From: Cirrosporium novae-zelandiae
Lineage: Eukaryota
Length of the DNA stretch: 64,000 nucleotides
Direction of reading: 5' to 3'
NCBI GenBank assembly: GCA_026023565.1
Contig: JAPETS010000008.1
Span: 1-64,000, forward strand
Part shown: positions 11,281 through 23,600 of the stretch, piece after piece
Position numbering within the stretch: the stretch's first letter is position 1
Layout of the letters: every line of letters begins with the position of its first letter
Notes under the pieces: model-generated
What the model was told of the DNA's origin: nothing
What the model saw: only the letters and a program-made list of their open reading frames with translations
Database searches by the model: none
Translations under genes and position numbers: made by a program

Positions 11281-12080
11281 TCAAGAACTCATAACCGGAA
11301 TCGTAATCGTCCCCAAATACCACGTCTTCCCCTCATCGGGAGTTGTAAAGCTCTCATAAGTCGCCCCATTACTGGCCCCTAACGTATCCTTGAAATCCGG
11401 ATCCGCCGCCTTGAGATGAAGCACGGTGTCATAATAATAGTGCGGCTCCGTGGGCATGGTGCAGTTGTCATTGCACTCGACGGCGGTACCCCAGCCGGTC
11501 ATGGGACCATCATTGGTGGTGTATTCGGCGAGCAGCACGTCGTCGGTGAGGTCGTACATCTTTTGGTGCCAGGTCCAGGTGGATTCGGATTCGAGGACGT
11601 AGCTTATTTGGATTTTGTGCGTGCCGAGGACGCCGGCGTGTTTGGTGCCGCCGGTTTGGGTGCCGTTGAAAAGTTCGGAGGAGGCGCACCTATGGTAGGA
11701 AGGTTAGGGTTGGGGGTTTTATTGAGGGTGGGTTATGAGGGGGAGTGGAAGGAGTAAGATGTATAAAGGGTAGAGGCTTACCATTGTTCTCCTGTGGCTC
11801 CGCACCAGCTGTTGTCTGTGGGATACGAACCAATGATGGATTGAATGAGATCACCGGTTCCGTTGGAAATGCCAGGCCAGAGATACAGTTGTCCGTCTAC
11901 GGCTTCCTGTGGGGGCATTTTGCCGGGTAGGATCGTAGTGGTGCAGTTGACCAGGTAAGACGAGGTTGGGCCGAGACTGACTGCTGGGCCCCAGCTATCA
12001 CGCCTCATGAGACCTACTGCCGACGTTCCTGCGCCGAAGATCGAAACGGCTGTTAGGAGGATGGTGGGGAGGGAAGGCAT
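11281..12080 (-). CDS. Secreted uncharacterised protein, about 235 aa (exons 12080-11782, 11689-11281)
   Basis: Signal peptide MPSLPTILLTAVSIFGAGTSA; RR dibasic site; LYLWPGISN motif; GTAAGC..CTAAC..TAG intron joins two ORFs in frame. Confidence 0.85.
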
Positions 12081-14953
12081 TGTGAATGAGCCCTGTGGAT
12101 GTTGATTGGGGGATTTTAGGTCAATGAGATATATACTAGGTGAGCTGTGTGTGAGAAGAAGGGATGGAGCAGAAAAGGACGATTTGAATGGCAGCTGTTG
12201 GGTCATATATACTCTTATGCCTGTCTGCTCAAAACGGTGGCTGCTCTGCTGCTGATACTGTGGGCCGTTTCTTGACTGTGCGGTGAATTGTCAGGTCTAT
12301 AGCCAAGGACCATTGGTGAATTACAGTATGTTTCATCCTTGGTTTCTTCATCCCGACAAGAAAACAGACATCAAATTAAAGCGTTGGAAGCAAAGCTTGA
12401 ATCAATTAAAGCAGAAAAGAAGCATTTTTGATTGGTTGATATTACTACATTAAATACTAGAGGTGTTTTGAGGTGTTTTGGCAACGAGAAATAGTTTTTG
12501 AAGCTGAAATGTATTTCCCACAGGATCAATGAATGGAATGATTTGGACATTGGTCCAGTGTGGGAATTTTTCAGCCACGTCCACAGTAAAGGTCAACTTT
12601 CCTGGGATCATGATGGAAAAGTAATAAAGCTGTCTTCCAAATGTCGTTCTCAGCTTCTCTGTTGGGACAATTCATCTATTATGTAGTGGAGATCATTACT
12701 TGTTTTAGGAAATGGTGTAATGCATGAGTGGTGACAGTAACGTGTGAAGATGAAGAAAGACGATGAGCTAGTTAAAGAAAGCGTTGATGGAAAGCTCGTA
12801 TTTGAAAAGTACTTAAGTTGAGAAGAGAACGAGACGTTTGAGATTTTTAATTCTTCTCGATCGACTAGTTTTGGTTGTTTCAAAGAGAAAAAGGGAGAAA
12901 GCTGGGGTCGGGCGCTTAAGAGCTTATAAGCGTATAGGCGTATAAATAGCGTGAGGGATATTTCTTCATTACCGCCAAACGCGCGGATGTTTCACGTTTC
13001 ACCAAAGAAACATCGGTGAGGCCTTATTCACTCTTAGAAATGAACTTGCCCCTTTTTTTTGCGGGGATAGGCCATGTCGGAAACATTATTGACATTGCTA
13101 ATTCCTGATGCTGTTGACATTGACGTTATTAACCTTCTTGACGTCTTGACGCGTATACTTGACAAGGAGAATAAAATTGATAAAGCCACAGTTGACCATG
13201 CACCTACCACTTTTTACTGGCCTGTACCTTTCAATTTTGCGAATGCTCATCAAACGTATTCTGCCTCAGGCTTCGACGTCATCATTTCTTGGATTGGCCG
13301 ATATCCGTCCACGCTATTCAGAGTGGCCCAGAGTCATTGAGGAACTGCCGTGACTGCTACCAGCCGAGGACCGACGGCCTAATAACAGAGTCAGAGTCAG
13401 AGAGAGTCGGTACTTGACTAAGCATCAGGTTACATCTATCATGTTTTCAGAAATCCGAATCTTGGCAGCAGGAAAGTATGCATATTGGACATCGGACACC
13501 ACACTACACTACACTACTCTATGCACAGCACACAGCATTACAGCACACAGTCACTGTACTATATAGAGTATCCTGTCAGCTGGTTCCTGTAGAAATCGAA
13601 CGAGTCGATAATAATAGATTTGGTCATGGTACATGGGGTCCCCAAGTCCAGCCAACGGTTCAAAAGGTTAGGAAGGTTGGGGGGGGGGGGGTCCGCCACA
13701 AATAATGCCACCCGGGCCGTGTTCAGGACAATTGGTCAAGTTTGAGTCAAATGGCTTGTCAATGACTGTAAATGCCTACAAATGCCTACAAATGCCTGCA
13801 AGTATTTAAATTGGGAACCCTCCATTAAGAGATTTTGACACCAGATTTTTCTAGATGTGTCTGTCTTTTTTTTTTCAATTGGCAATTCTTGGAAGAATTA
13901 AAGTAGAAACTTGATCTCTAGGGAATTAATAACTGGTCAGGGTGATTTTGAGTGGCCAAGGCTGCAGGCTGCAGGCTGTATAGGATTAAGTTGTTGGCCC
14001 TGAATCCTTGAACCCTGGGCCCTGACAGGAAATCACGGGAATCGCGGAAATCAACGAAACTCAAAACATTGGATTTCAACTGACAACTGGCAAGCTTAAC
14101 CCTGTAATTTAGGGTAATCTGAGGGTAATCTGAGGGTAATCTGTTGGTATTGTGACAGTTATTGTCAGTGCCATTAGTGAAATACAGGCATAATTACATA
14201 TAAATCCCGAAATTCCGATAACCCGATCTTCTCTACCTCTAATTAGACTAGTGCCTCACACACAAACGCCTCAGTCACTGACTGACTTGGACTCCCTCCC
14301 CCTCCCCTCTCTCTCCCCCCCCCCAAAAATTAGAAAGAAGAAGCGAAAAGAAAAGAAAATAAAAAAAAAAAACTAAAAAAACTAAAACTAAAACCTGTTA
14401 GTTCAACCCGGTCTACCGTCCCTCACACGCTACCCTCCAACTACCACTAAACTACCACTAAACTACCAACCAAAAACTACCCACCCCAAACCACTTCCGT
14501 TACCAAAAGTACGCTCTTACACTCATCCACTAACTATTCACCCACCCTCTCTTAATCCTCTTACCCTTTTACGTCCTTCATTCATTCAATCTTTCCTCTT
14601 CTTGTCTTCATTCCAAATTCTATCCTGAAATCTAAAATAATAAAAATTCATCTCTAACTCTCAAAAGTACCCTGAACAACGAAGCCACGACTTTCTTTTT
14701 CAGGTGCTTTTTCGCTCGCTACTTACAACACACCAACTACCTACTTACATTTCTAAAACAACCAAATTCCATCGCTTCATTTATCACTTTCTAAGACTAT
14801 CAACTATCAATATCCCAATATCAGTCAAATCATCTGAAAGTCCTCTCATTATTTTGACAGTACTCCCATAAGATATTGGGGCTATTCCCCAACAGGATCT
14901 TTATATCGAACCGTCGATTATTGATTCATATCAATTTTAATTCAATTCTGATC

Positions 14954-15880
14954 ATGCACGCGCGATCGTCTCCATCTGTCCTCATCCTTCTATCCATTCT
15001 CTTTCTGGCCTCCTTGGTCTGTTCGCACGACATTGCAAACCTCGATAAACGGCAAAATGCAATTATAGGAACCGGTAACTCTGGCTCCTCAGCCACTACG
15101 GAGGCGACCAGCGAAGCCACATCTGCTGCCGCAAAAACCTCAGCAACCCCAACCTCAGAGGCAGCCACTACAGCTGAAGGCTCTACCGTCGTAATTACAA
15201 CCTCGGAAGAACCATCGACAACCGTCGTAACCCCTGCAGCCTCGACCAAGGCATCAACCCCAAAGACAGCTACGACTACAACCGACGAGGCAACTGCTAC
15301 GGCTGAAACAAGTGATGAGACTTCGTCTGCCGCTGCTGGTAATGGGGGGAAAACTGCAACGCAAACATCAGCAGGCAGCAACAACAATAACAATAACAAT
15401 AACAATGCAGCAGCTACAACCGCGGAGACTACCAAAGTAACAGCTTCTGCCGTCGTTACGAGTGAAACGCAGGCCGTAGTGACAACGGTGGTCACGACAA
15501 TCTCTGGCAGTGTCGTCTCCAAGGTATATACCACCAGTGCTCTGGTTGCTGTCACGCAAGAGGCCAGTTCAACATCTACCAGCTCTCCAAGCTTAAACGG
15601 TGGCGGGTCAAGTTCAAATGACGGTGGTTTGAGTGATGGAGCAAAGAATGCCGTAATCGGTGTCTGTGTCGGAGTGGGAGGTGCCGCCCTTATTGGTGTT
15701 CTTGTTTATGTGTGGTGGAGGGTATGGGGCCGCAATCGCAACAAGGCACAGACGGTTGACCCGGATGAAGAGATGGACGAGCCTGGACTTGCCGACGACA
15801 GTAAACCCGCCAGAAATCCCTTCACGTCAACCCTGGATCAATACCACAACTCTTCTGCGAATACGGCCACAAACTTCTAG
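14954..15880 (+). CDS. Mid2/Mtl1-like cell-wall stress sensor (type I membrane, Ser/Thr-rich)
   Basis: Signal peptide, KR site, long S/T-rich ectodomain, TM VIGVCVGVGGAALIGVLVYVWW, tail NPFTSTLDQYH..NTATNF. Confidence 0.85.
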   Translation: MHARSSPSVLILLSILFLASLVCSHDIANLDKRQNAIIGTGNSGSSATTEATSEATSAAAKTSATPTSEAATTAEGSTVVITTSEEPSTTVVTPAASTKASTPKTATTTTDEATATAETSDETSSAAAGNGGKTATQTSAGSNNNNNNNNNAAATTAETTKVTASAVVTSETQAVVTTVVTTISGSVVSKVYTTSALVAVTQEASSTSTSSPSLNGGGSSSNDGGLSDGAKNAVIGVCVGVGGAALIGVLVYVWWRVWGRNRNKAQTVDPDEEMDEPGLADDSKPARNPFTSTLDQYHNSSANTATNF

Positions 15881-17007
15881 TCGCTGGTTCACCATCCTCA
15901 AGATGATGTCTACAATATCGATGACCCGGGACGAATCTGCTTGTTGCTTTTTGTCGAATGGATTATGCGGCGCCGGTTTAGGAAGCGTCTTTCAGGATGT
16001 GCATTGAATTTTATGCCCATCAAATCAGTCTACATGTTGCGTTGTGAAAGTCACATTGACCCGTCTGCCAGTACGTAAAGGGCCTTGGGAGGCGTCGGCA
16101 GGTACAGGAGATTTTGCTGACTAACATAGTCCTTCCTTTTTGTGCATAGATTGTTTCCTTGTTAAAAGCATAGCGCCGGGTAATGAGTTGTATTTTTTTT
16201 TCTGTCTTCTATCTGGGGGGGACTGTTCTCGGAATGGATGGAAGGAGAGGACCTTAGGTAGATAGTTTTGCCCGAATCGTTTTGCACCGAATAATAATAA
16301 TTAGCGATTCGTGAGTAATTTTTCCTCGTTTCTCGGTATAATTTGTATAATTTGTATAATTTGCGTAATTTGCGTAATTTGCGATGATATCATTATTCAT
16401 CTAACCCTACCATGCGCCATGGGCACCCAACCTTGTTCATATAGTTTTAATGCCAGAATTCTTTCATCTATATTTTATCTATGATATTATATCTGACCTT
16501 CTCCACGGATAATTCAATATCGAAAAGTAAAAAGATGATACGCGCTGAGGGAACCCCTGGTTTCGAGAGTGTCTCAACTCACCCTGTTTTACGCATCCGT
16601 CCGATCAATCCATGCCTGGATGGGTTTTCTATTATGAATTCTCCAACGTCTTTGGAACTTGGGACGAATGTGAATGGTAGATTTGCAGTTTGAATCACTT
16701 GAGGCATTTGGATCCATTTATTCTTTACTGACTAGAACCCTGTCTTAGGAAACATGGCCGTGGTCATCCTCTGAGTCTTCTCTTGACCATCTCCTCTTTT
16801 ACCTCTGTCATCTTCTGCGACTAGTCAATTCCATCGTCGACGAAACTGGTCACTCCGCTCCGTTTTTAATTTATATTCCTATTTATCTACAATGAATTTA
16901 CAAATCCAGGACTTTACTTAATTTTAACATCTCTGCTCTGCTGTTTGGAGATTATGCGATTGTTATCGACTCGTTGCAACTTCTTTGCTTGCCGCTCATG
17001 TAGTCGT

Positions 17008-18016
17008 ATGATTGGGCAGTCTTGTCCGTCTCTTGCCGCTATCGTTATATGCTTTCTACCTCTATTGGTAAATGCAGCAACCAATCTTGCGGTATGCCCT
17101 CATCCCCTTTTCGGTTTAATTGAAAGCTTGAAGCATTTTGACAATGGTTCAATTGCTAATGTTACGTAGAGCTTCACAGGAACTCTGGGTGAAGCTGCCC
17201 CAGCGGTACGTCTTCAGCCTAAGCCTAGCCCAAGATAGAATTGACGTACTCATGCACATTGTAGGTAACAAGTACGGGGGATAGTGATAGACCATATGGT
17301 GTAGAGGGAAATACCTTTGTCAGTGATGATTTTTCTTAATTGTCTTTCCCTTCTACAATAGGGGATGAAACTATTACTGATAGATGATTTGAGCAGACTG
17401 ATTTCGCGAGTGCTGGGCAAAGAAGGTTCGATCATTTCTTGCTCGAGGTGTTCCCTATTCCCAGAATATATATCTAATAGTTCATGTCAGTTGTGACCTG
17501 CAATTTAATACTTGCCAAGAGGTAGACAAACCCCCTCTCCTTCCTCTCCCTTTCTTCCGTTTGGCCAATACCGGGCATCTCCTCCCACTACCACTACCAT
17601 CACGACAAACCCCTCCCTGGCCTTCGCCACCCAGAAAACAAAATCTAACTGTTCCTTCCCCTTCAAAGGAAGCAAATTCCGGAAGTGCCTCGTTTTCCCT
17701 CACAGACTGTGAAGATCAACAAACGGAATGTGATGCTGCTCAAAGCACACCAGCAGCATCGGCAACAGTGGTGGCTACCTCTACCTCTACGTCCTCAACC
17801 AGTACGAGCACCAGTACGAGTACGAGTACAAGTACAAGTACGAGTACAAGTACCAGCCCTAGCCCCAGCACAAGTACTAGCAAGAGCAAAAGCAAAACCC
17901 CAAGTACCATCACGACGGAAGCATCCATAACTACAACATCAGCCGAAGTATTAGGAGGCACAACGGTGTTTGCAGATCCCGATGATCCAGAATGGGAGTT
18001 TGTATGTCAACTGTGA
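17008..18016 (+). CDS. Secreted Cys-containing, Ser/Thr-tailed protein, 193 aa, 6 exons (17008-17091, 17170-17205, 17265-17318, 17397-17425, 17491-17521, 17669-18016)
   Basis: Spliced: signal peptide, then NLASFTGTLGEAAPAVTSTGDSDRPYGVEGNTFTDFASAGQRSCDLQFNTCQEEANSG..DC..C, (ST)n, EWEFVCQL*. All phases consistent. Confidence 0.8.
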
Positions 18017-18732
18017 GGGTAACGCGTTTATAAACGATAAAATGGCGAAGCGGATAGCAAACTACATCTTGCTATCAAGTCTAAGGGCGTTGAGCTAATA
18101 GCTTGTCTAAAGGATTTTGGGACATTCAAATTGGGAGTCGGAGTGATGGCGCTAGGAAGAAGTATCCTTGTTTCTGATCAGTTGAATTATGGGTACTGGA
18201 TGGGAGAGCACGAGAGGTTGTCACCATCATAAATGAAGATTGCAAATGCATGCATGCGATGACGATGGATACGGAATGCGGGATGCAGGACGCGGGCTTC
18301 AGGAAGAGAAGAAATGAATTGAAAGTGAGGAGTGGATGCTTGGGTATTTACGGACCAAACCAGTGATAATATTCCATTATAAGTTAGCATTCAAAATCGG
18401 GTAATAACAACGACCATACTGTGTATGGCCTTTGACTACACAGTGGCTATCCCCTAATTGTTGAACCCCTGATATTGTTGTCCATATCGATAACCGTTTC
18501 CCCAGCCCCGCAGTCCCTGGGTTACACGCCCCCCTGTCACGCCAGAACGCGCTGCCTAAACCGGTAAAATTCTATTTGCCGAGTTCGCGTCCAACTTTCA
18601 TAAGACCGCGTTCCCTCCACCCTCACGTCCACAACAGTTCCCACTTCTATCTATCCCCACACCTAGGCTCTTAAATTCCCAGGAAACAATCACCAATTCC
18701 ATATGAAGCAACGATTAGAGATTCAAAGTACA

Positions 18733-19610
18733 ATGTCCACCCTCGTAGCAGATCCCAATTACGACTACGCGTATTACCTACCGATGCGATCCTCACCTCT
18801 CTCGGAGAGGCATTCAAATATGCTTCCTCTTTCTTCACCTATACCAATGTCCAAAACGCCGTCTTGCATCTTCTCTCCATCTCCCTCCTTCGACAAAACG
18901 AAACCTCCCCGCACCCCCGTCTCCAAGCGCGCCTACAAAGCCCATCCATTCTCGTCGCCTCCTACACACAGCAGTCAATCACACAACCCAAGGCAAATAG
19001 AAAACGCAAGGAGGCAAAGGGCAGATATGTTCTTGAGAAAAGTACAGGAGAGGTCCGAGGCGAGGAGGTGGGATGGCAGGGCGGATTTGATGCTCAGGAA
19101 AGAGTATCTAAATGAGATGAGGAGCTGGGAGAGAGAAAGGGAGATGGCAGGGATGGCTGCCATGGTTGAGGTTGATGATGATGAGATGATTACTGAGAAA
19201 ATGGATGAGGCAGATGGTGAGTCTTGTTTTAAACGGTATCGGGTGATAGGACCAAAACTAACCTCTGCGCTTTAGATGTCGATGTTGCGGTCCTCTCGTC
19301 GGTTCTCTTACAGGAAGAACAAGATTTACAGGCACTCATTGATTCGATGCAACAACAAGAGCAGGAGCAAGAACAAGAGCAGCGGAAACTCCAGGGCTAC
19401 GAACCACCCCAACCACACCAAGATGAAATGATGTCATGTTTCGATAGCGACGACGAAGAATACGACCAGCTATTCCAAGAAGTTATGACGCACACATTAC
19501 CACCACCACCACCATCACTATCAGCCACACAAAATATATTACCGAGTCATACCGACGGGTCCAACCAAGTCCAGGACGAAAATATGGACATGGATATGAT
19601 GACCTGTTAA
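18733..19610 (+). CDS. Hypothetical low-complexity protein (intron 19217-19275)
   Basis: Two ORFs joined by a GTGAGT..CTAAC..TAG intron; charged motif RRQRADMFLRKVQERSEARRW. Start could also be 18703. Confidence 0.7.
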
Positions 19611-20624
19611 AGATCGTTTGTACTTGGTTTTCTTAGCCCTGAAAACTAAATGCAAAGTTCTTATATTATATGGATATAACGTGGCGTCTCTTCTGGGTGT
19701 ATAGTGCAGTACATATGCACCAAGGAAGGTTCTGACGTTTTTTTTTTTTTATTAAAAAGAACTAGTGTATATAATCCCAATGGTTGGTCGGTCCATTCTA
19801 TTCCATCTGTGGGGGGTGGGTGGATGGATGGATTTTTTTCACGAACAAGATTCGGTCTCCCCACTGTGTGGTACGGAATATGGTATGGTACGGAAAGGAA
19901 CGGTACAGTTTTTTTGAAAATAGGCCCTTCATGATTGATTGATTGATTACAACAACACACGCATTTTTCAGCCAAATATAAGCTTAAGGGAAATTGCTAT
20001 GACGGACGGACGGACGGATGGATGGATGGGAATGGGCTTTTTTGGGGGGGGGGGAGGGTTTTTTGTATAATAAATTAGGTATGTTGTGTGTTTTGAGTGG
20101 AGTATGTGTATAATAAATACATATAGTGTATAAGAATTAGATCGTCGTCGTCGTCATTATCTAATACTAAACCAATACACCACTCACCGAGTAAACAACA
20201 AACATTCCACTCACTTTTCATTTTCATTTTTTTAGTTTTTTTTTAGTTGAGTGACTGAGAAGGTTAAATGGATATGGGATAATCTATAGGGGGATATGGG
20301 TAAGATTTGGGAAAGATTTAGGGAAGTTGGTGGAGTATAACATTCAAATGTCAATAAATGTAAGAAATTGGATATGTGAATGACTAGCTGGATTTAATAA
20401 CACACATACCACAGTATCTATATCCACCAGGCCCGGGTAGAAGTTGTTATTATAAAGTAGAGTTAGAATCGTCAGTTTATGGAGTTATGGAGATAATCAT
20501 TCATTAATTAAACAGGTCACCAAATAAGTAGCTGACGATATTATACACACACATACACATATTACTTTCCCCTCTAACTCTCCCACAAATCATCTTTATT
20601 CCATACCCATCCCAATCTATCACA

Positions 20625-23600
20625 TCACATAGTCATAGTAGAAACCGTACCCCGTCCATCATCATCATAATAAGTCCCATCCCCATCCCCATCCCCATTT
20701 CGGTTCCGGTTCTCGAAGGACCCGATAGGGGAAACGGGACTTCTTTGTTCTGATTGTGCTTCTGCTTGTGTTTCTGCGTGGGGGGCTTGGGCTTGTGCTT
20801 GGGGGGTTCTGGATCTTGATGGGGGTATTGAGAGGGATAGTGAGGGGGATCTGGAGGTGGAGTTGGGATTGGGATTGGGATTTTGGTTGTAGTCGTAGTC
20901 GTCGTTGTTGGGGTTGGTGTATTCGTTGTAATTGTGATTGTGGTCGTCGTTGTCGTCGTTGTCGTCGTTGTAATCAGAAACACTTCTCCTCACTCCCCTC
21001 CCACTATCACCATCATCATCACCATAACCATCACCATCACCATCCGCAAACCCAATCCCAAATCTCCGTTCCTTTCTCCCCCCGCCTTCTTCTTCTCCAT
21101 CCCCATCTCCAAACCACCCCATCACCACCTCCTTCCTTTCCCAAACCCCCTCTCCCTCACCACCAACCCCAGATCCAGCAATGAAACTCGCCACCGCAGC
21201 AATACTGCACGGATTCTTCGGGAGCACGCGTCTCGTTCGCATGAGCAAGGGGGCGACGAGTGCGGTTAGGAAGAGGAGGGCTAGGAGCACTTCGAGGACA
21301 CGGGTTGGGGCTGCATTTTGGATTAGGCGGAGCCGGAGATGAGAGTTGGTGGTTGATGTGGATGTGGATGTGGATTTGGAGGTGGAGGTACCGGTGAGGT
21401 TTTTGAGGGGTAGAGAGGCGTTGGTGAGGTTGAGGTTGGGGTTGGAGTCGCGGATGTCGACGTTGTATTGTTGGGCGCGGATTATGGAGTGTAGGGATTT
21501 TATCGCCGTGGTTATGGTGTTGTCTGATGAGGAAGTGGACAGGGTGGAGAGGGTTACGTTGTTGTTGCTGGCGAGGAGGAGGGAGAAGAAATTTGTAAAG
21601 GTGGTTGACGTTGACGTTGTGGTGGAGATGTTGGGTAGGTAGAGTTCTATACTTGATAGAACGGCCGAGGAAAAGTGTTTCGCTGTCGATTCTATAGCGG
21701 TTGGGGGGTGGGACGAGGAGATTTCTAAATCTGGGAGGCTGAACCGGACAGCAACGTCCACCTGGGAAGTGGATTCGTCGCAGTTCAGGGCGGATATCTT
21801 GGTTACTTTGTAGTCTGAGACGCTGCCCCACCAGTAACTGCCTCCGCTTGAAGAGGTGCCGTCTAGGGCTTGGCCGAAGATGGAATCGCGCGCTGTGTAT
21901 ATGTTTATCTGTTCTTGAGAGCCGGGGTAGTAAGCGTGGATTGCGGCCAAGGGAGTGGTCCCCGTTGAGGATTGCGCTTTTCTTGTATTAACCGAGAGTT
22001 GTTCTGTTCCCTGGTAGAGTGTGCAGTTCAAGGTGGACCGGATGGCTGGGAGCTGGATGTCGAGGGTGGTGGTGAAACTGTCAGGTGATGTTTGATTTGC
22101 TACAGATTCGTTGGAAGAAGAGAGTATACTGAGTTTTGGGAATGCAAATTCCTTATACGTCCATGAGGGATACGAGAGGTTGGCCTCGACTACAAGACCG
22201 GCAATCATGGCGGCATCGGCATTCGACGAGGAGGAATGGCTGCTTTGGTTGAACCAGTCCAGTCGTTGCAGTGTCATTGGTTGTGTATACGGCACATTTT
22301 CGGTCGTGTACACGCCGCTGACTATGATGGTTAGATAGCTCCCCAGGAGGCTTCCAAGAGCCGTGGCGAAGACGGCGTAGTATCCTAGCTTGAGCGAGTC
22401 CCAGAGAGCGTGAGGTGTCATTTTTTCCAAGAAATTGACCGAGAGAGTTTTTTGAGACGATACTATAGATGACTTCATCATTGAATAGGGAGCAAAGATC
22501 TTGGTTGAAAAGTCTACCATGTTGAAGAGGGTTGCTATGCCGAGCATTACCAAGGCAGGGATATAACTCCAAATATAGTGGGTATAGCCATCAAAATCCA
22601 CATCGGCGAGACCGTTATGGTGTTGGGATTGTCGAAGGACTAGCTCGAGCGCTATGATGATGGCGATAATGATGGCTAGAAGAAGAATTCGAGCATAAAT
22701 GGTGACTGAGAACGGGTGCCACCACTTGATAGGGCCTTCTGACGAGCGATTAGGTCCTTTATTTTGTTCAATCTCCGGATCCAGCCTATAGGCTAGACTA
22801 ATCCCAAACATTTGTAGGTCTTCTTTGCTACTGGTTATAGTTTGATATCTGTGCCCAGAGATGTGTCGACTTATTGCTTTCATACTGGAGGAGCCCATGC
22901 CACTTAGCGATTGAGTTACATCAGGGCTCCTGGCTAGAATGTGTGCGAGACCGCCAATCGAACCGGGATCGTGGGAGACAACTCCATCCGATGGGGTCAG
23001 AATGGCCATGACAAGTGCAAATGCTAATAAGACGGCCAAAATACTTTCCATTAGCCTCACCGAAAGAGATTGGACAACAAGCCGGTTCTCGCTGACCCAG
23101 GCTGTGCCTACAATAGACGAACTTTTCGACTTCAGCAGTGTTCTCTTAGCAATTTGCGCACATAGTTTTCGATATGCTTTGAGGGAAGCCTCTTTTAGAA
23201 TGTTTAGGTCAAAAAAGTCAGTTAACTGCAAGTCTGGCATTTGTTCTCTTGCAAGATCGAACATAGTGTCTGAGACATCGGGGTTCTCTGAAATAACGTT
23301 ATATTTCGACGCTTCCCATATTGAATTATCAAAGGAATCAAAGAATGCCTGGGAGATATCTGAGCCATGAACGTTTGAAATTGTCCTACTGGTCGTATTG
23401 GAAATTAGCGAAACATTCACGTTGTTCGAAGACGATTCTGTGCCGTTCATCACCACACTGAGTCTGTTAATGGCGTATGTGGGCTTGCAGATCAGCTGCG
23501 TAGATCGTACCAATGTCATGTTTGTTGTATTTGTATATTCAGTGCTCGATGAAATGGACGAGATATTGGTGATGACTTTTCCCGATACGTACGGGACAGT

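Noticed and set aside
14096..14143. (GAGGGTAATCT)x3 telomere-like or CRISPR-like repeat
   Set aside because: Short tandem repeat without spacers and not a TTAGGG array.
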